DNA of 63,859 bases, the filler included, from Chiloscyllium plagiosum (lineage: Eukaryota), in NCBI RefSeq assembly GCF_004010195.1. It is 5 parts of one record of this genome, joined end to end, with 100 filler letters (N's around TTAATTAATTAA, not from the genome) between each part and the next. Parts side by side here need not be neighbours in the genome. Positions count along the whole stretch, not along the records: positions 10,401 to 33,742 come from NC_057717.1; positions 33,843 to 46,095 come from NC_057717.1; 3 more parts are not named here. The stretch is one strand, 5' to 3'. Shown one piece after another: positions 25,491 to 37,094 of the stretch. The notes beneath the pieces were generated by a model. It had not been told where the DNA came from. It ran no database searches and worked only from the letters and a program-made list of their open reading frames with translations. Made by a program: the position numbers and the translations under genes. The first letter of the stretch is position 1, and each line of letters starts with the position of its first letter.

Positions 25491-27042
25491 ATCCCTAATT
25501 ATCCATCATTAGGCAGCACGTTGACACTGCAATGCTGCCTCACAGTGCTTGGGACTCGGATTCAATTCCAATCTCTGGACCCTGTCTGTGTGGAGTTTGT
25601 ACATTCTTCCCATGTCTGTATTGGGAGCATTAACTCCTTTCTCTCTCCACAGAACGTCTCTGTATTTGCTTCGGATTTCTACCATCTACAGTATTTTTGC
25701 TTTTGTTTGATGGAGAAATGCAGCAAATGTGATAGTTATTTTGTAAAAGCAGCCGTGGTTCTCGGGTTCCCTGGGTGTTTAGGAATCTTGCCCGGCCACT
25801 TGTCTGAGTGTCCCTTTATACCCATTCCATCTCTTTCAGTCCCTCTGTCCATCGTCAGTACATGCAGCCTTTCCTTGTGCCACCTCTGGGACACCGGACA
25901 CCCCATCGCCTGGCACTGGATACTCCCTTCGCAGGACCACAGCAGTAGGTCCACAGGTGCAGTGACTGAGGAGGATTTGGAGACTAATACCAGTACACTT
26001 AAGACCAACAACGAACAGGCAGAGGGTACTGAACACAATGGACCTGGCAGACTGAAGTGTGCTGATTTTAATGTGAGGAGTCTGTTTGTTTGAACAGAGA
26101 TTTCTAGGTCGATGATTGTGCTCTGTGTCCTTCACTGGACCAGCTTGTCTCTCCAGGTACCGAAAGGTTTTACTGTGGGTCAGGGAACTTCAGAATTAAT
26201 ACAGCACAGAAGGGGGCTATTCAGCCCAGCATGCGTCTACTAGCTCTCCATCTTCACAACTTGAAAATAGATAGAATGATCGGAGATAGACTGAGAGGGA
26301 GATTGAGAAATAAACAGAGAGAAAGGAAGTGAAGTGAGATAAACAGAATGAAGAGAAAACGGCGCGACAGAGTGAGTGAGAGCAAAGGGTGTCAGACGAA
26401 TGTGAAGTTATCAGGAGACAGCATGAGGAGAAATACACAGAAACTTTATTTAGAAAATCCCAAAGACTATAAGCCCTTTGTCTGGTGCCATACCCTGTGA
26501 GCACTGTGCTGATACTGGCTGTCATCCCATATCATTTATGGCCAATGACATCACAGAGTTGGGTTGCTGCCAGTTAAAAACAATCCAAAAGATATATAGA
26601 TTGTCTCCAGGGACTAGGTGGATTAATTTGAATATTCTGGGCCAACATAAACTTGTAGCCCTTCTAGACATTGTGTGAGAGACAGGGCTAGAGAATCTCA
26701 GTGAAGGGGATTACTGACAGAGGTGAAATCAGGGTCTCAGCTGTGGGTCAAATAATGATTGATAAAATTTGCACACCACTTCCATGGTTTTGTAATTCAC
26801 GTTTCAAATCATATAGCTCAATATCGTGAGTGTATTTTAACAACCTTGTGTCTTTGTAGTTTTCATAATTTAGTATGTACAGAAATGCTTGTTTTTTGTC
26901 CCTGTGTGTTGTGTAGAATAAACACATTTTATGACTGAGGAAGAAACGAACTGCTCCGATGGGATAGTCTTCATCTGAACCGTGCTGGGACCAGAGTCCG
27001 AGTGAATCCTAACCATGGCTCGAGATAGAGCTTTAAACTGAT

Positions 27043-27045
<3 letters not shown>

Positions 27046-27131
<86 letters not shown>
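27046..27131. repeat. (GT)n microsatellite
   Basis: About 43 perfect units running into a gap. Confidence 0.98.
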
Positions 27132-27329
27132 NNNNNNNNNNNNNNNNNNNNNNTGTGTATGGTGGTTCGGTTCTAGGATTTAATTAGAAAAGCAGAATTC
27201 AATCAGTAGGTTAAAGTACAGAACTCAGGAGAGGTTATTAAAATGTGCAACACAGACACAAATAGGATAGAGCATCTGGAAATGTTTAACATATCAAACT
27301 TCAAGCGCACTGCACAAACGAATGGGGCT

Positions 27330-30300
27330 GAGAGGAGGGGCGGTTAATGCAGGACTAAAGGTGTTATATCTGAATGCATGCTGTATAAGGAATAAGGTAA
27401 GTGAGCTTGCGGCGCAGAATGAAATTGGCATTTATGATGGGCATCACGGAGATGTGGTTGCAAGGGGATCAGGATATTTAAGGACATAGTCAGGTGGGCA
27501 GAGGGAGTGGATTTGTATCATTAGTATGAAATGAAACCAAATCAATAATAAGAAAGGAAGTAGGGCCAGATGATGTAGAATCTGCGTGCGAAGAATTGTG
27601 GCACCACAAATGTAAGACAACCACAGTTGGAATTTTGTACATTCCATCAAAGAATAGTCAGGAACTGGGGCACAAGATACACAAGGAGATAGAAAAGATG
27701 TGTAGGAAAGAAAAAGTACAGTGATCATGGGAGATTTCAATATGCAAGTGGACTGGGAAAATCAGGTAGTGGTTCACATGTAAAGGAATTTCAGGAATGT
27801 CTCCGAGAAGGCTTTTTGGAGCAGCTTGTGATGGAGCCCACTCGGGAACAGATGACACTGGATTTAATGAGGGAGGCTAGATAAACGAGCATACGGCGAA
27901 GGAAAACTTCGGAGGCAGTGATCAGAACATGTCTGAATTTATTCTGCAATTCGAGGGAGAGAAGGCAGAATCTGAGGTAACAGTATTTCAGCTGAATAAA
28001 GGCAACTACAGAGGCATAAGGTAGAACTGGGGAGGATTGGCCGGGAGAGGGATCGAGCAGGAAGGTCAGGGGAACAGCAATGGCAGGAGATACCAAGATT
28101 AAATCAGGAGACACTGCAGAGATACATGCTGGGGAATACAGGATTGGTACAGGGAGCATGAGGCAATCTGGGCTGACGAGGGAAGGCAGGGATTGCGCAC
28201 AAGCAAAAGAGCAAGCATATAATGTGGTGAAGGGCAGTGGGAAACTAGAGAATTGGGAAATTTACAAAGACCAATAGAGGGCAAGAAAAAATAAATAAGA
28301 AGGGAGAAGATTAAATATAGGGGTAAGATAACCAATAATAAAGAGGAAACTGTAAGAGATTCTTTCGATATATAAAGTGCAAAAGAGAGGTAAAAGTGAA
28401 TATGGACAACTGGAAAATGATGCTGGAGACAGTCGTGGGAAACAAAGAAATAGCTGAGGAACTTTGCATCAGTCTTCAAGGTGGAAGACACGAGTAATTT
28501 CCCAAAAAATGAAGTGAGTGAGAGGGCAGAGCTGAGTATGGTGGCCATCATTCAGAATAACAGGTTAGAAACTTGAATGGCCTGAATGTGTGTACATTAC
28601 CTGGAGCAGATAGACTGCACCCCAGCCTTGTAAGGGAGATAGCTGAAGAGATAGTGCAAGCGTAACTGGTAATCATTCACGAATGACTAAAATCAGGAAA
28701 GTGACAAGAAGCTGGAATGTTGCTAACGTTACATCCCATTTAATAAGGGATTTGGGCAGAAGATGAAAAATTCTAGACTGATTAGTCTAAACATTTTTTG
28801 TAGGTAACATCCTGCAATCCATCGTGAATGATGGGATTTCTGAATACTTGGAGGTCATTTTTAAAATAGGACAGAATCAGTATGGTTTCATCAAGGGGAG
28901 TTCAGGCCTGACCAACCTGTTAGCACACTTTGAGTGAGTAACAAGCAGATTAGACCAAGGAGAACCAATAGATATTATCCACCTGCACCTCAAGAATCCT
29001 TTCACAAGGAGCCACGCAGCAGGCTATTGAGAATGAGGCAAGGTGCTGGCATGGATAGAAGCTTAGCTGTCTGACAGAAAGCAGAGCGTGGGGATAAAAG
29101 GGTCCTTCGAAGAGCGCAGCCAGGGACAAGTTGTGTTCCACAAGACTCAGTGTTAGGACCATATCTTTTCACTTTGTGCATTAATGATCTACATGAAGGA
29201 ACTAAAGGCATTCTGGCTAAGTTTTCAAACAGTGCAAAGATAGATAGAGAGAAAGGTAGCATTGAAGAGGTGGTTCGGCTGCAGGAGGGTGCTCTAGCGC
29301 ATCTCATCAATTTCCCACAACTCCGCCCTTGAACCTCACCCTTCCAACTACAAAAAGGATAGAACCCCTCTGGTCCTTGCATCCCATTCAACCAACCTCA
29401 GGATACGATGCATCATCTTCTGCCATCTCCGCCACTAACAGTCAGACCCGACCGCCATAAATTTACTTCCCTCCCCACTTTATCAGCATTCTGCAGAGAC
29501 CACTCCCATCACAAGACCCTCATTAGGTCCACGCCCCCCTCCCCCACCAAGCTACCTTCCATTCCTGGCATCTTCTCGTGCCACTGCAAGAGGTCTGGAA
29601 TCTATGCGAACATCTCTAACCTCACATCCATTCATGGCCTCAAAGGATCCTTCCACATCCGGCAGAGAACATCCTGTGCATCCAAACAACTCATCTGCTC
29701 TGTCCACTGCTCCTACTCTCCTCCACTCTGGGGAGACAGGACGTCAACTTGCAGAACGGTTCAGAGAACACTCTCGCACAAACACATCCAACAACCCCAC
29801 TGCCCTGTGGCTGAATACTTCCACGCCCCCTCCCACTCCGCCAAGGACATGCAAGTTTTTGGTCTCCTCCACCTCCAAAATTCTAGCCACTAGACGTCCG
29901 GAGAAGAACCCATCATCTTCCGCCTCGGGACCCTCCAACCACACGGTATCACGGGCAATTTCACCAGATTCCTCATCTCCCCTCTCTCCACCTTATCCCA
30001 GATCGAACCCTCCAACTCAGCACCACGCTCTGTAACTGTCCTACCTGTCCATCGTCCTTCCCATCCACCCACTCCATCTTCCATTTTGACCTATCACTAT
30101 CACCACCCACCTTTATCTAACTACCACCTTCCAAGCTCCCTTTCTCCCAGCCCCTCCCATTTATCTCTCAGCTACCTTCCACTCACACCCCTTATCCCTG
30201 AAGAAGGCTTTATGCCTGACACGTCAACTCTCCTGCTCCTTGGATGTCGCCTAACTGGCTGTGCCTTTCGAGCACCACATCTTTTGACTCTGATCGACAT

Positions 30301-31170
30301 ATCTGCGGTCCTCACTTTCTGCTACTAAGGATTTGCATTGGTTAGGGGATTGAGCAAATATGTGGCAGATGGAGCATCACGTGGGAAAGTGTGAGGTTAT
30401 GCACTTTGCCTGGAAGAATACAGGCATGGGCTATTTTTGTAAATAGCGAGCAAATTCAGAAGTGCAAAAAGACTATGGAGTTCTAGTCCAGGAGTCTCGA
30501 AATGTAATCTTGCAGCTTGTCAGTAGCTGGGAAGGCAAATACAATGATGACATTTATTTCAAGAGGGCTTGAATATCAAAGCAGGGATATACTTCCGAGG
30601 CTGTATAAGCTTACGTTAGGCCACATTTGGATTATTGTGCCCAGGTTTGGATCTCATATCTCAGGAAGGATGGACTGGCCCTAGAACGTTTTCAGAGTAG
30701 ATTCGCGAGAATGGTCCCAGGAATTAGAAGCTTAACATATGAAGAATATTTGAGGGCTCTGGATCTATATTTGATAGAGATCAGAAGGATGTTATGAGAT
30801 CTAATTGAAACTTACAAAACACTGAATGACCTTGACAGAGTGGATATTGGGAAGATAATTCCAATGGTAGGAGGGAAAAAGACCCGAGGAGACAAAGTAA
30901 AGAGGAGACCTTTAGAACAGAGATAAGGAGAAAACTCTTCAGCCAGAGAGTGGTGAATCTATGGAATTCACTGCCACAGAAAGCTGTCAAAGCCAGGTCA
31001 TTGAACATATTTAAGAGTGAGACAGAAAGGTTCTTGATTGTAAAGGGGATCAACGGTTGCAGGTAGAAAGCAGGAGAATGGGGTTGAGAAACTTAACAGC
31101 CATCATTGAATGGCGAAGCATGCTCAATGGGCTGAAAGGCCAAATTTCTGTTCCAATGTCTTCTGTTCGC
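27330..31170 (+). mobile_element. Decayed CR1 ORF2 (APE through 3' tail), family 2, with nested Penelope
   Basis: Begins with an LKVLYLNA-like APE start (ggactaaaggtgttatatctgaatgca); MGDFN, LGPYLFT and LAKFS remnants; 3' tail at ~31080-31170. Confidence 0.9.
29290..30325 (+). mobile_element. Penelope-like element 3' part (GIY-YIG endonuclease), family 1
   Basis: Cys-rich linker, GETGRQLAERFREH, VAEYF..PSHS..DMQV and FRLGTLQPHG; terminal repeat with degenerate hammerhead at ~30198-30226. Confidence 0.9.
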
Positions 31171-32017
31171 TTGGTTTATATTGGCTCTCCTCATTCTTCA
31201 CTGGAGATGTATTTTGTAATTTGATCTTGATATGACTTGTAAAGAATAACATTCGAATACTGATGACTAGGAAATATTATGTTCCATCCCTCCAGTCTTA
31301 GCAGCCAAGTCCCCAATTCTCTGTGTTTTCAATCTCCTCCCCAACATCATAATCGCACTGCAATTGAAGTCCAGTGAATGGTACTTAATGACAGTTGATT
31401 GATATCACTAGCAGCATGACCGTCACCTGCCCACTCTGATCCTCGAATAACTATCTGACTTGTGTGTCACATCATATTCTATGTTAACATATACATGCTA
31501 TGTTTCTATTATAACTCATGTTGTCTTAGACACATTTTCCTGTCAGATTATGGCCTAGAAAAGTTCTCTCCATATTTTAGTGACATTATAATCACTGATC
31601 AGTAGTTGCAGACTGTATGTTTCCATTTATAAATGAAAAACTTGTTTATGTTCTGATAATCCTATGACGTTATTCCCGTATCCAAGGCAGACTGAATGAT
31701 TACACACGATCAATGTACCTTCTCCAATATTCTTTCCCTCAGTGACCCCCACAATTCCCATGCCAAATGCGTACATTTTAAACGTTATTTTGAATTTTAA
31801 TAAAGTCGGTATTGAATTGAAAGGGATTAACTCGAGCTGTTTGTTCAGTGATTGTGATTAATGTCAATCTCCGTGGATTCTAAGTAACCCAGTGGAGAGT
31901 TTCCATTTTTCATTGATAAATGAGCTCTGTTCAATGTGTTATCCCATAGTATGAGTGGGAGCATCACCGACAGCACAAACAGGGATCAGCAGCTGCAAAG
32001 ACAGAAGGAGCAAAAAT

Positions 32018-32143
32018 CAGAATCTGAGAACATTAGACTGGAACGTTACAATAATGGTTTAGAATCTGAGGACCATGGATTGGAATATTCCAACGGTGGA
32101 TCAGAATCTGAGAACAACAGACTGGTATGTTCCAACAATGGAC
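32018..32143 (+). repeat. 3 x 42-bp (14-codon) repeat in the GPCR N-terminus
   Basis: Units start at 32018, 32060 and 32102: QNLRTLDWNVTIMV / *NLRTMDWNIPTVD / QNLRTTDWYVPTMD. Confidence 0.9.
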
Positions 32144-32270
32144 AGGAGTTTATCTTTGGGTCTTTACTGGCTTTCTCGGCCTGGGATATCATTGGCATCG
32201 CGGATCAGGTGTATCCTTTGGATTATTCAAAGTGGCTACTATCCCATTCTCGCTATAGTTGGTGTCCCGA
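32075..32270 (+). CDS. GPR139/GPR142-like GPCR exon 1, copy B
   Basis: Ends ...ILWIIQSGYYPILAIVGVP with a phase-1 donor GTAAGT at 32271. This matches the GPR139 TM1 start (YYSLLLCLGLP) and its exon-1 boundary as I recall them. Confidence 0.8.
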
Positions 32271-32880
32271 GTAAGTCATCCTATGTCTCTTTTAAACCGG
32301 GTTGAACTGAATTTCTGCTTATGATATGTAAATTATGGAAAAGTGCAAGTCATTGTTATCAGTTCCAAATAAAAATTCCTTTCCTCATAACGTATAGCTA
32401 TCAAAATACCATTTAAAAATTGCTCACTAATATGCGAAAAGGAACCAGACTGATCTCAAACTCCATAATCCCTTTTGACCTTCACAGATTTATATCTCCA
32501 CTCACCAATCATGTCCAATACTCCACCATGATATCCCAGTCTCATCCCTCAGTCTCAGCGCAACTTCTGAATAAACCATGATTTGTGCCTTTGTTCAAAC
32601 AATTTCAAGTCCCTTCTAAGCACATGTCCATTACAAAGTCATTGTTTTTGAGAATGTTTTGCTTGTTCTCTGCACATACGCGAAGACAATTTATGGTGGC
32701 CAAGTCATTGAATCATAATCTAGAGCCGCAGATTATTACTCTGTTGATATCTCATGAAGTAAATTGGTGGAATTTAAAAACAACCATTATGATTTATTAT
32801 AAAGAGCCCATCAGGTTGCTGCAAGTCCTTTAGGGAAGTCAACGTGACTTCCTTCCATAGTCAGTTTTCTTTGTGACTTC

Positions 32881-33581
32881 TGTGATGAACATATGGTTGT
32901 ACTGTACCTTTAAGAGAATTAAAAGCCAGCAATAACTACCTGACAGCACCAAATGTTCTGAAAAAAAACATAAATTGTAACATTTTGTTGAACAAATTGT
33001 TTCGCTGATGCCTGGAGACAAAAAACAAATTCAGCCAAACAGTTTAAATTATACCCCAAAATACCCACCTCTCATCCAGTTTGAATATAGTACACTGATA
33101 ATCTTAAAAGCCAATGACAAAGTCGAATGCTTTGGTGGTAAAATACCGCGAAAAATTGAACAGTTAAGAGGAGAACTGGCAAGCTACCAGCATGTAAAGG
33201 TTGCGTGAAGAAGTATCTCTAAATAGTACCTTTATTGATCATTAACTGGTGAAGCAGAATCCCCAAGAAGAAAAGAAGATAGGAATACGGAGAAGAACAG
33301 AAAGCTTCCTGGTTTTGAGATGAGAAGTTTTGATTTGTAAGTCTTAATTAAGAGACTTTTCGGGCTAGTATTGTGGAGGGGGAAGTTCAAAGATAGGTTA
33401 GAGGAAGAAGTGGTAAATAATTGTTCGTTAATAATTCTTTATACTTTATGAAATAAAGTTACTAATTTTTACTTTAAATAGTTCTTAGACTCTGGAATTT
33501 TCAGGGATTTCTACACGGAGTGAATCTTTTCTCTGTTGCTGGTTTTAAAGCAAGCAGGAGAATTTATCCCATGTCGTAACA
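32881..33581 (+). mobile_element. Solo LTR (Gypsy-like)
   Basis: TG...CA ends (TGTGATGA / TCGTAACA), internal AATAAA, 4-bp flanks CTTC/CTGC. Confidence 0.65.
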
Positions 33582-33742
33582 CTGCAAACCCACAGCAAAG
33601 TGTTTTACTTTTTACTGTCCTATGAACCAGCCACTCAGTTCAAGATCCGTATAGCACGCTGTCCTGACCAGGGCTGTACACATCCAGTTAGAAAAGAACC
33701 AAAGGAAAGGTAGCTCCCTTCCTCTGCCCGTTTCCCGTATTC

Positions 33743-33842
33743 NNNNNNNNNNNNNNNNNNNNNNNNNNNNNNNNNNNNNNNNNNNNTTAATTAATTAANN
33801 NNNNNNNNNNNNNNNNNNNNNNNNNNNNNNNNNNNNNNNNNN
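33743..33842. other. Artificial assembly spacer
   Basis: 44N-TTAATTAATTAA-44N. Confidence 0.95.
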
Positions 33843-34319
33843 GGTTAGGCTGAATTCCCTTTGCTTCAGGCAGTGGAGAGATTCCAATAAAATCTCATCG
33901 GGAATCTTTCTCGACTGGTAAAGATAACTCAGGAATTTTATGGTCTCACATTTTGTCGTCATGAGAAACATAGTAAGAGAAAGGGATCAATCGTCTGCTG
34001 TTTCTCAGGCAGGGAACATTTTTTCTCCCTAGCTATTTTGAACCATCCAATAATGTCAACTGAACATCAAACTAGGCCATGTGCAATATCCTTGAATATT
34101 CTCTGGAATGTCTGATAATGCAGGTGCATCATTGCTGTTGTTGTACACAGTGCCTTTCATGAGCAACAAAATTGTCTCCGCTTTGTAATTTGATAACATG
34201 TTTATATGCATCTGCATTTTTTTTTTAAAAAGCTGATGTCTTCATAAGTATGTTAATATCAATACACCTTGTCTTCAAAATGTATTCTCTAGCTTTAGTC
34301 TTCCTGAGAAGAGAAAACA

Positions 34320-34980
34320 TGTATCCAACTGATGAACTTTTTTGAAAATCATGTACGGTTCAATTAGATTTCGCATCTGAGGTTGAGAGTGATAATACTC
34401 CAGACCAAAATGCCTTCATTCCAGGAATGAGTAAAGGGAAACATCTTTGAAAATCTTCTGCAGTGATTGTGTCTTTTTTTATGTAGGGGATTAAAATTGC
34501 ACACAGTGTATCAGATGTGGCCTCAAGCATGCGCTGTTACGATGCAGTAGCCATTCATGATTAAACCGGATACCCTTAGCCAGAAACAGTATCATTCCAT
34601 TTATCTTCCAAATTACTTGCTGCATCTGCAGATTAACTTCACATGAATCATGTACCAAGCACACAAAAACCATCTGTATCACCGAGTTCAGCAATCTCAC
34701 TTCCATTAAATTGTTTCCTGTGGTTTTATTCTTCCTACCAAAACAGACAACTCACGTTATGCTAAAGGTTTGCTCACTTATCTACCCTGTCCATATCACA
34801 TTGCACGCTCACTACTTCCAGTTGACGATATATTGAATGACCATCTTGGTTTACGAGCCTGATGAGCTTCAAGCCAATCAGCCCCCTTCTTCCACATCTT
34901 TGTATAGATTACTGATCATTGATGCCTCCCCCCCAAAGATTTCTGAGACACTAACCTAGTTATAGATTTGCAACCTGAAA
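34320..34980 (-). mobile_element. Highly degraded CR1 fragment
   Basis: LRPHLIHCVQF in ORF 34491-34706. Confidence 0.6.
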
Positions 34981-35019
34981 ATAAACATTTACCCATATTT
35001 CTTGTTAGTGGCAGCTTCC

Positions 35020-35505
35020 CTGCCCCTGTATAACAGCTCAGGCGGATTGAATGGTCTCCTGTTGGTCTCTGTTTTGTACTCAATGAGCTGAATTACTTCA
35101 TTCTCCATTCCTCTATAACTCTTTAGAGGGGTAGAATGATCTCTTCTCATCTCATTGTAACGATCCTGCGTGGCTGGATGGGGTGGTCCCCTAGTCTGTA
35201 ACAGCCTCGAAGGTAGATTGGGAGACGAACACATGGCGTAGGGACAGCAGGATATCTCTGTAACAGCATCTACGAGTGGATTGAGTGATCAACACATGGG
35301 GTAGTGGCAGCAATATATCTCTGTAACAGTCTCGAGGGGTGGATTAAGGGAACATTACATTGGGTACGGGCAGCATTCATCTCTGTAAAGGCCCGAGGGG
35401 TAGATTGAGGGAGCAGCACATGGGGTATGAGCAGCAGTATATCTCTGTAACAGCCTCGATGGTGGATTGATGGCACAATACATGGGGTAGGTGCAGCAGT
35501 TGGCC
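35020..35505. repeat. ~62-bp minisatellite
   Basis: ctctgtaacagcctcga..ggt(a/g)gattg...acatggggta recurs near 35197, 35257, 35321, 35382 and 35445. Confidence 0.75.
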
Positions 35506-36732
35506 ATTCAGCGGTACCATTCGGAATGCTCATGGCTGATCCAAGTGCATCTGACCATCCGTCTCCTGTCTGTTCCCAATAAACATTGACAGTCCTGTCC
35601 ACCAAAGATCAGTCCTGCCCAGTCTTTAATCGCTTCAATAACCGAGTCTTCACTGGCCAGTGAGGATGAAGGCACCACAGATAGCACAACACTAAAGTTA
35701 TAGGGACATCCTTCTTTCATTGCAGGACCCGTTATATTAAAACTGTGTTAACCTAACATCAAATCGCCACCTCCTTTCAGACATAAGGACTTAATAATTA
35801 GAAATAGGCATAAACCATACAGCTCTCCAAAACTGTCCCACATTACCACTGACTCTTTCTAATCAAATATGTATCAAGTCCAGCATCTGCTGTTGTCTCA
35901 GGAAGAGAATACCTGGTAGCAAAGCACCACACGAGCATTACAAAAAGGAACAGAATTAGGCCATTCGGCCCATTGGGAATGATATGCCGTTCAATAATTT
36001 CTTACATGTTCCTCAACCACATTCTTCACCCTTCTCCCGAGAATCCTTGATCCCCTTATAAATAAAAAAAATCTATTTGACACTAGTGTCTGTGTCTCTG
36101 TGTGTATACATGTGTGTGTGTGTCCATGTGTTTGTTATCTGAGCATTTGTGTGTCTCCGTCTGATTGTCTGCGTGTCAGCTTGTGTGTTTTTACTTGTGT
36201 TCGCGCCTATTTGTGTATGACTGCATACACCTCTGTTAGTGCTGGTGTAGGTGGGGGAGTGAAATGGTGAGGTGTCCTCAGGGAGTCTGTCCACAGTGTT
36301 GTATCCATGCAGCATTATTAGTGTGGTGGAGGGGAGTATTGCATCGGTGACAGAAAACATGGGGGAGCAAAGGTACTGAATTCAATAGTGTGAGTGGTAG
36401 TACTTGAGACTTATTTGGAGATAGAGCGTGAGCCTTGTCCGGGGTAGGTACTATAACAGATATACAGTGAGTGTGAGGGGAGCAGAGAGAATATGGTGAC
36501 TTTTATCCTGGCAGAGCGGGGAGGATATTTATGCTTGTCCTGTATTGCTGGACATTTCTGTGGCTGGACAACGCCACAGACTCTGTCTCTCAGCTTCTAC
36601 AGAGTCTATTTGGGTGGATGTTATAAACAGCAACGAGAAGCAAACCTTGGTGTATTATATATCTCAACCAAAACTGTTGTGCAAATAGTTTGCATCATGT
36701 CCTCTGGAAATTAGGTCTGCAAGTATATACAA

Positions 36733-36990
36733 TGGGAGGCAATGGCTTCGTGTTGTTATCGCTGGAACCTTAAACAAGAGACTCAGGGAGTGTTATGGGG
36801 ACCTGGGTTCAAAACCTTCCATGGCAAATGGTGGAATTTGAAATCAATAAGTGTCTGGAATCAAGGGTTTATGATAACCTTGAATCCATTGTCGATTGTT
36901 GGAAAAACTCATCTGGTTCACTAATACCCTTTCGGGAAGGAAACTGCTATCCTTAGCAGGTCTGACCTGCACGTGATTCCAGATCAGATT
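36733..36990 (+). mobile_element. tRNA-headed SINE-like element
   Basis: A-box-like tggcttcgtgttg and B-box-like ggttcaaaacc; homologous to rc(18930-19225). Confidence 0.7.
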
Positions 36991-37094
36991 CTGGTCAAAC
37001 ATCATGGAAGCCTGGAGACTAGAGGGGCAAGTTCGCTCAAGTGAATTGGGAAAGTACAATATAACATTCAGTGGGAGACAAACAATGGGTGTTA

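Noticed and set aside
22545..31170. Large inverted repeat as DNA-transposon termini
   Set aside because: These are two diverged CR1 copies in opposite orientation; no transposase.
31936..32274. 112-aa ORF as the GPCR coding frame
   Set aside because: The TM1 motif and phase-1 donor are in the 32075 frame, and the equivalent frame in copy A stops after 22 codons (20989-21057). At most a uORF.
36594..36715. Apparent exon after ctctgtctctcag
   Set aside because: Translates as STESIWVDVINSNEKQTLVYY, a CR1 endonuclease remnant.
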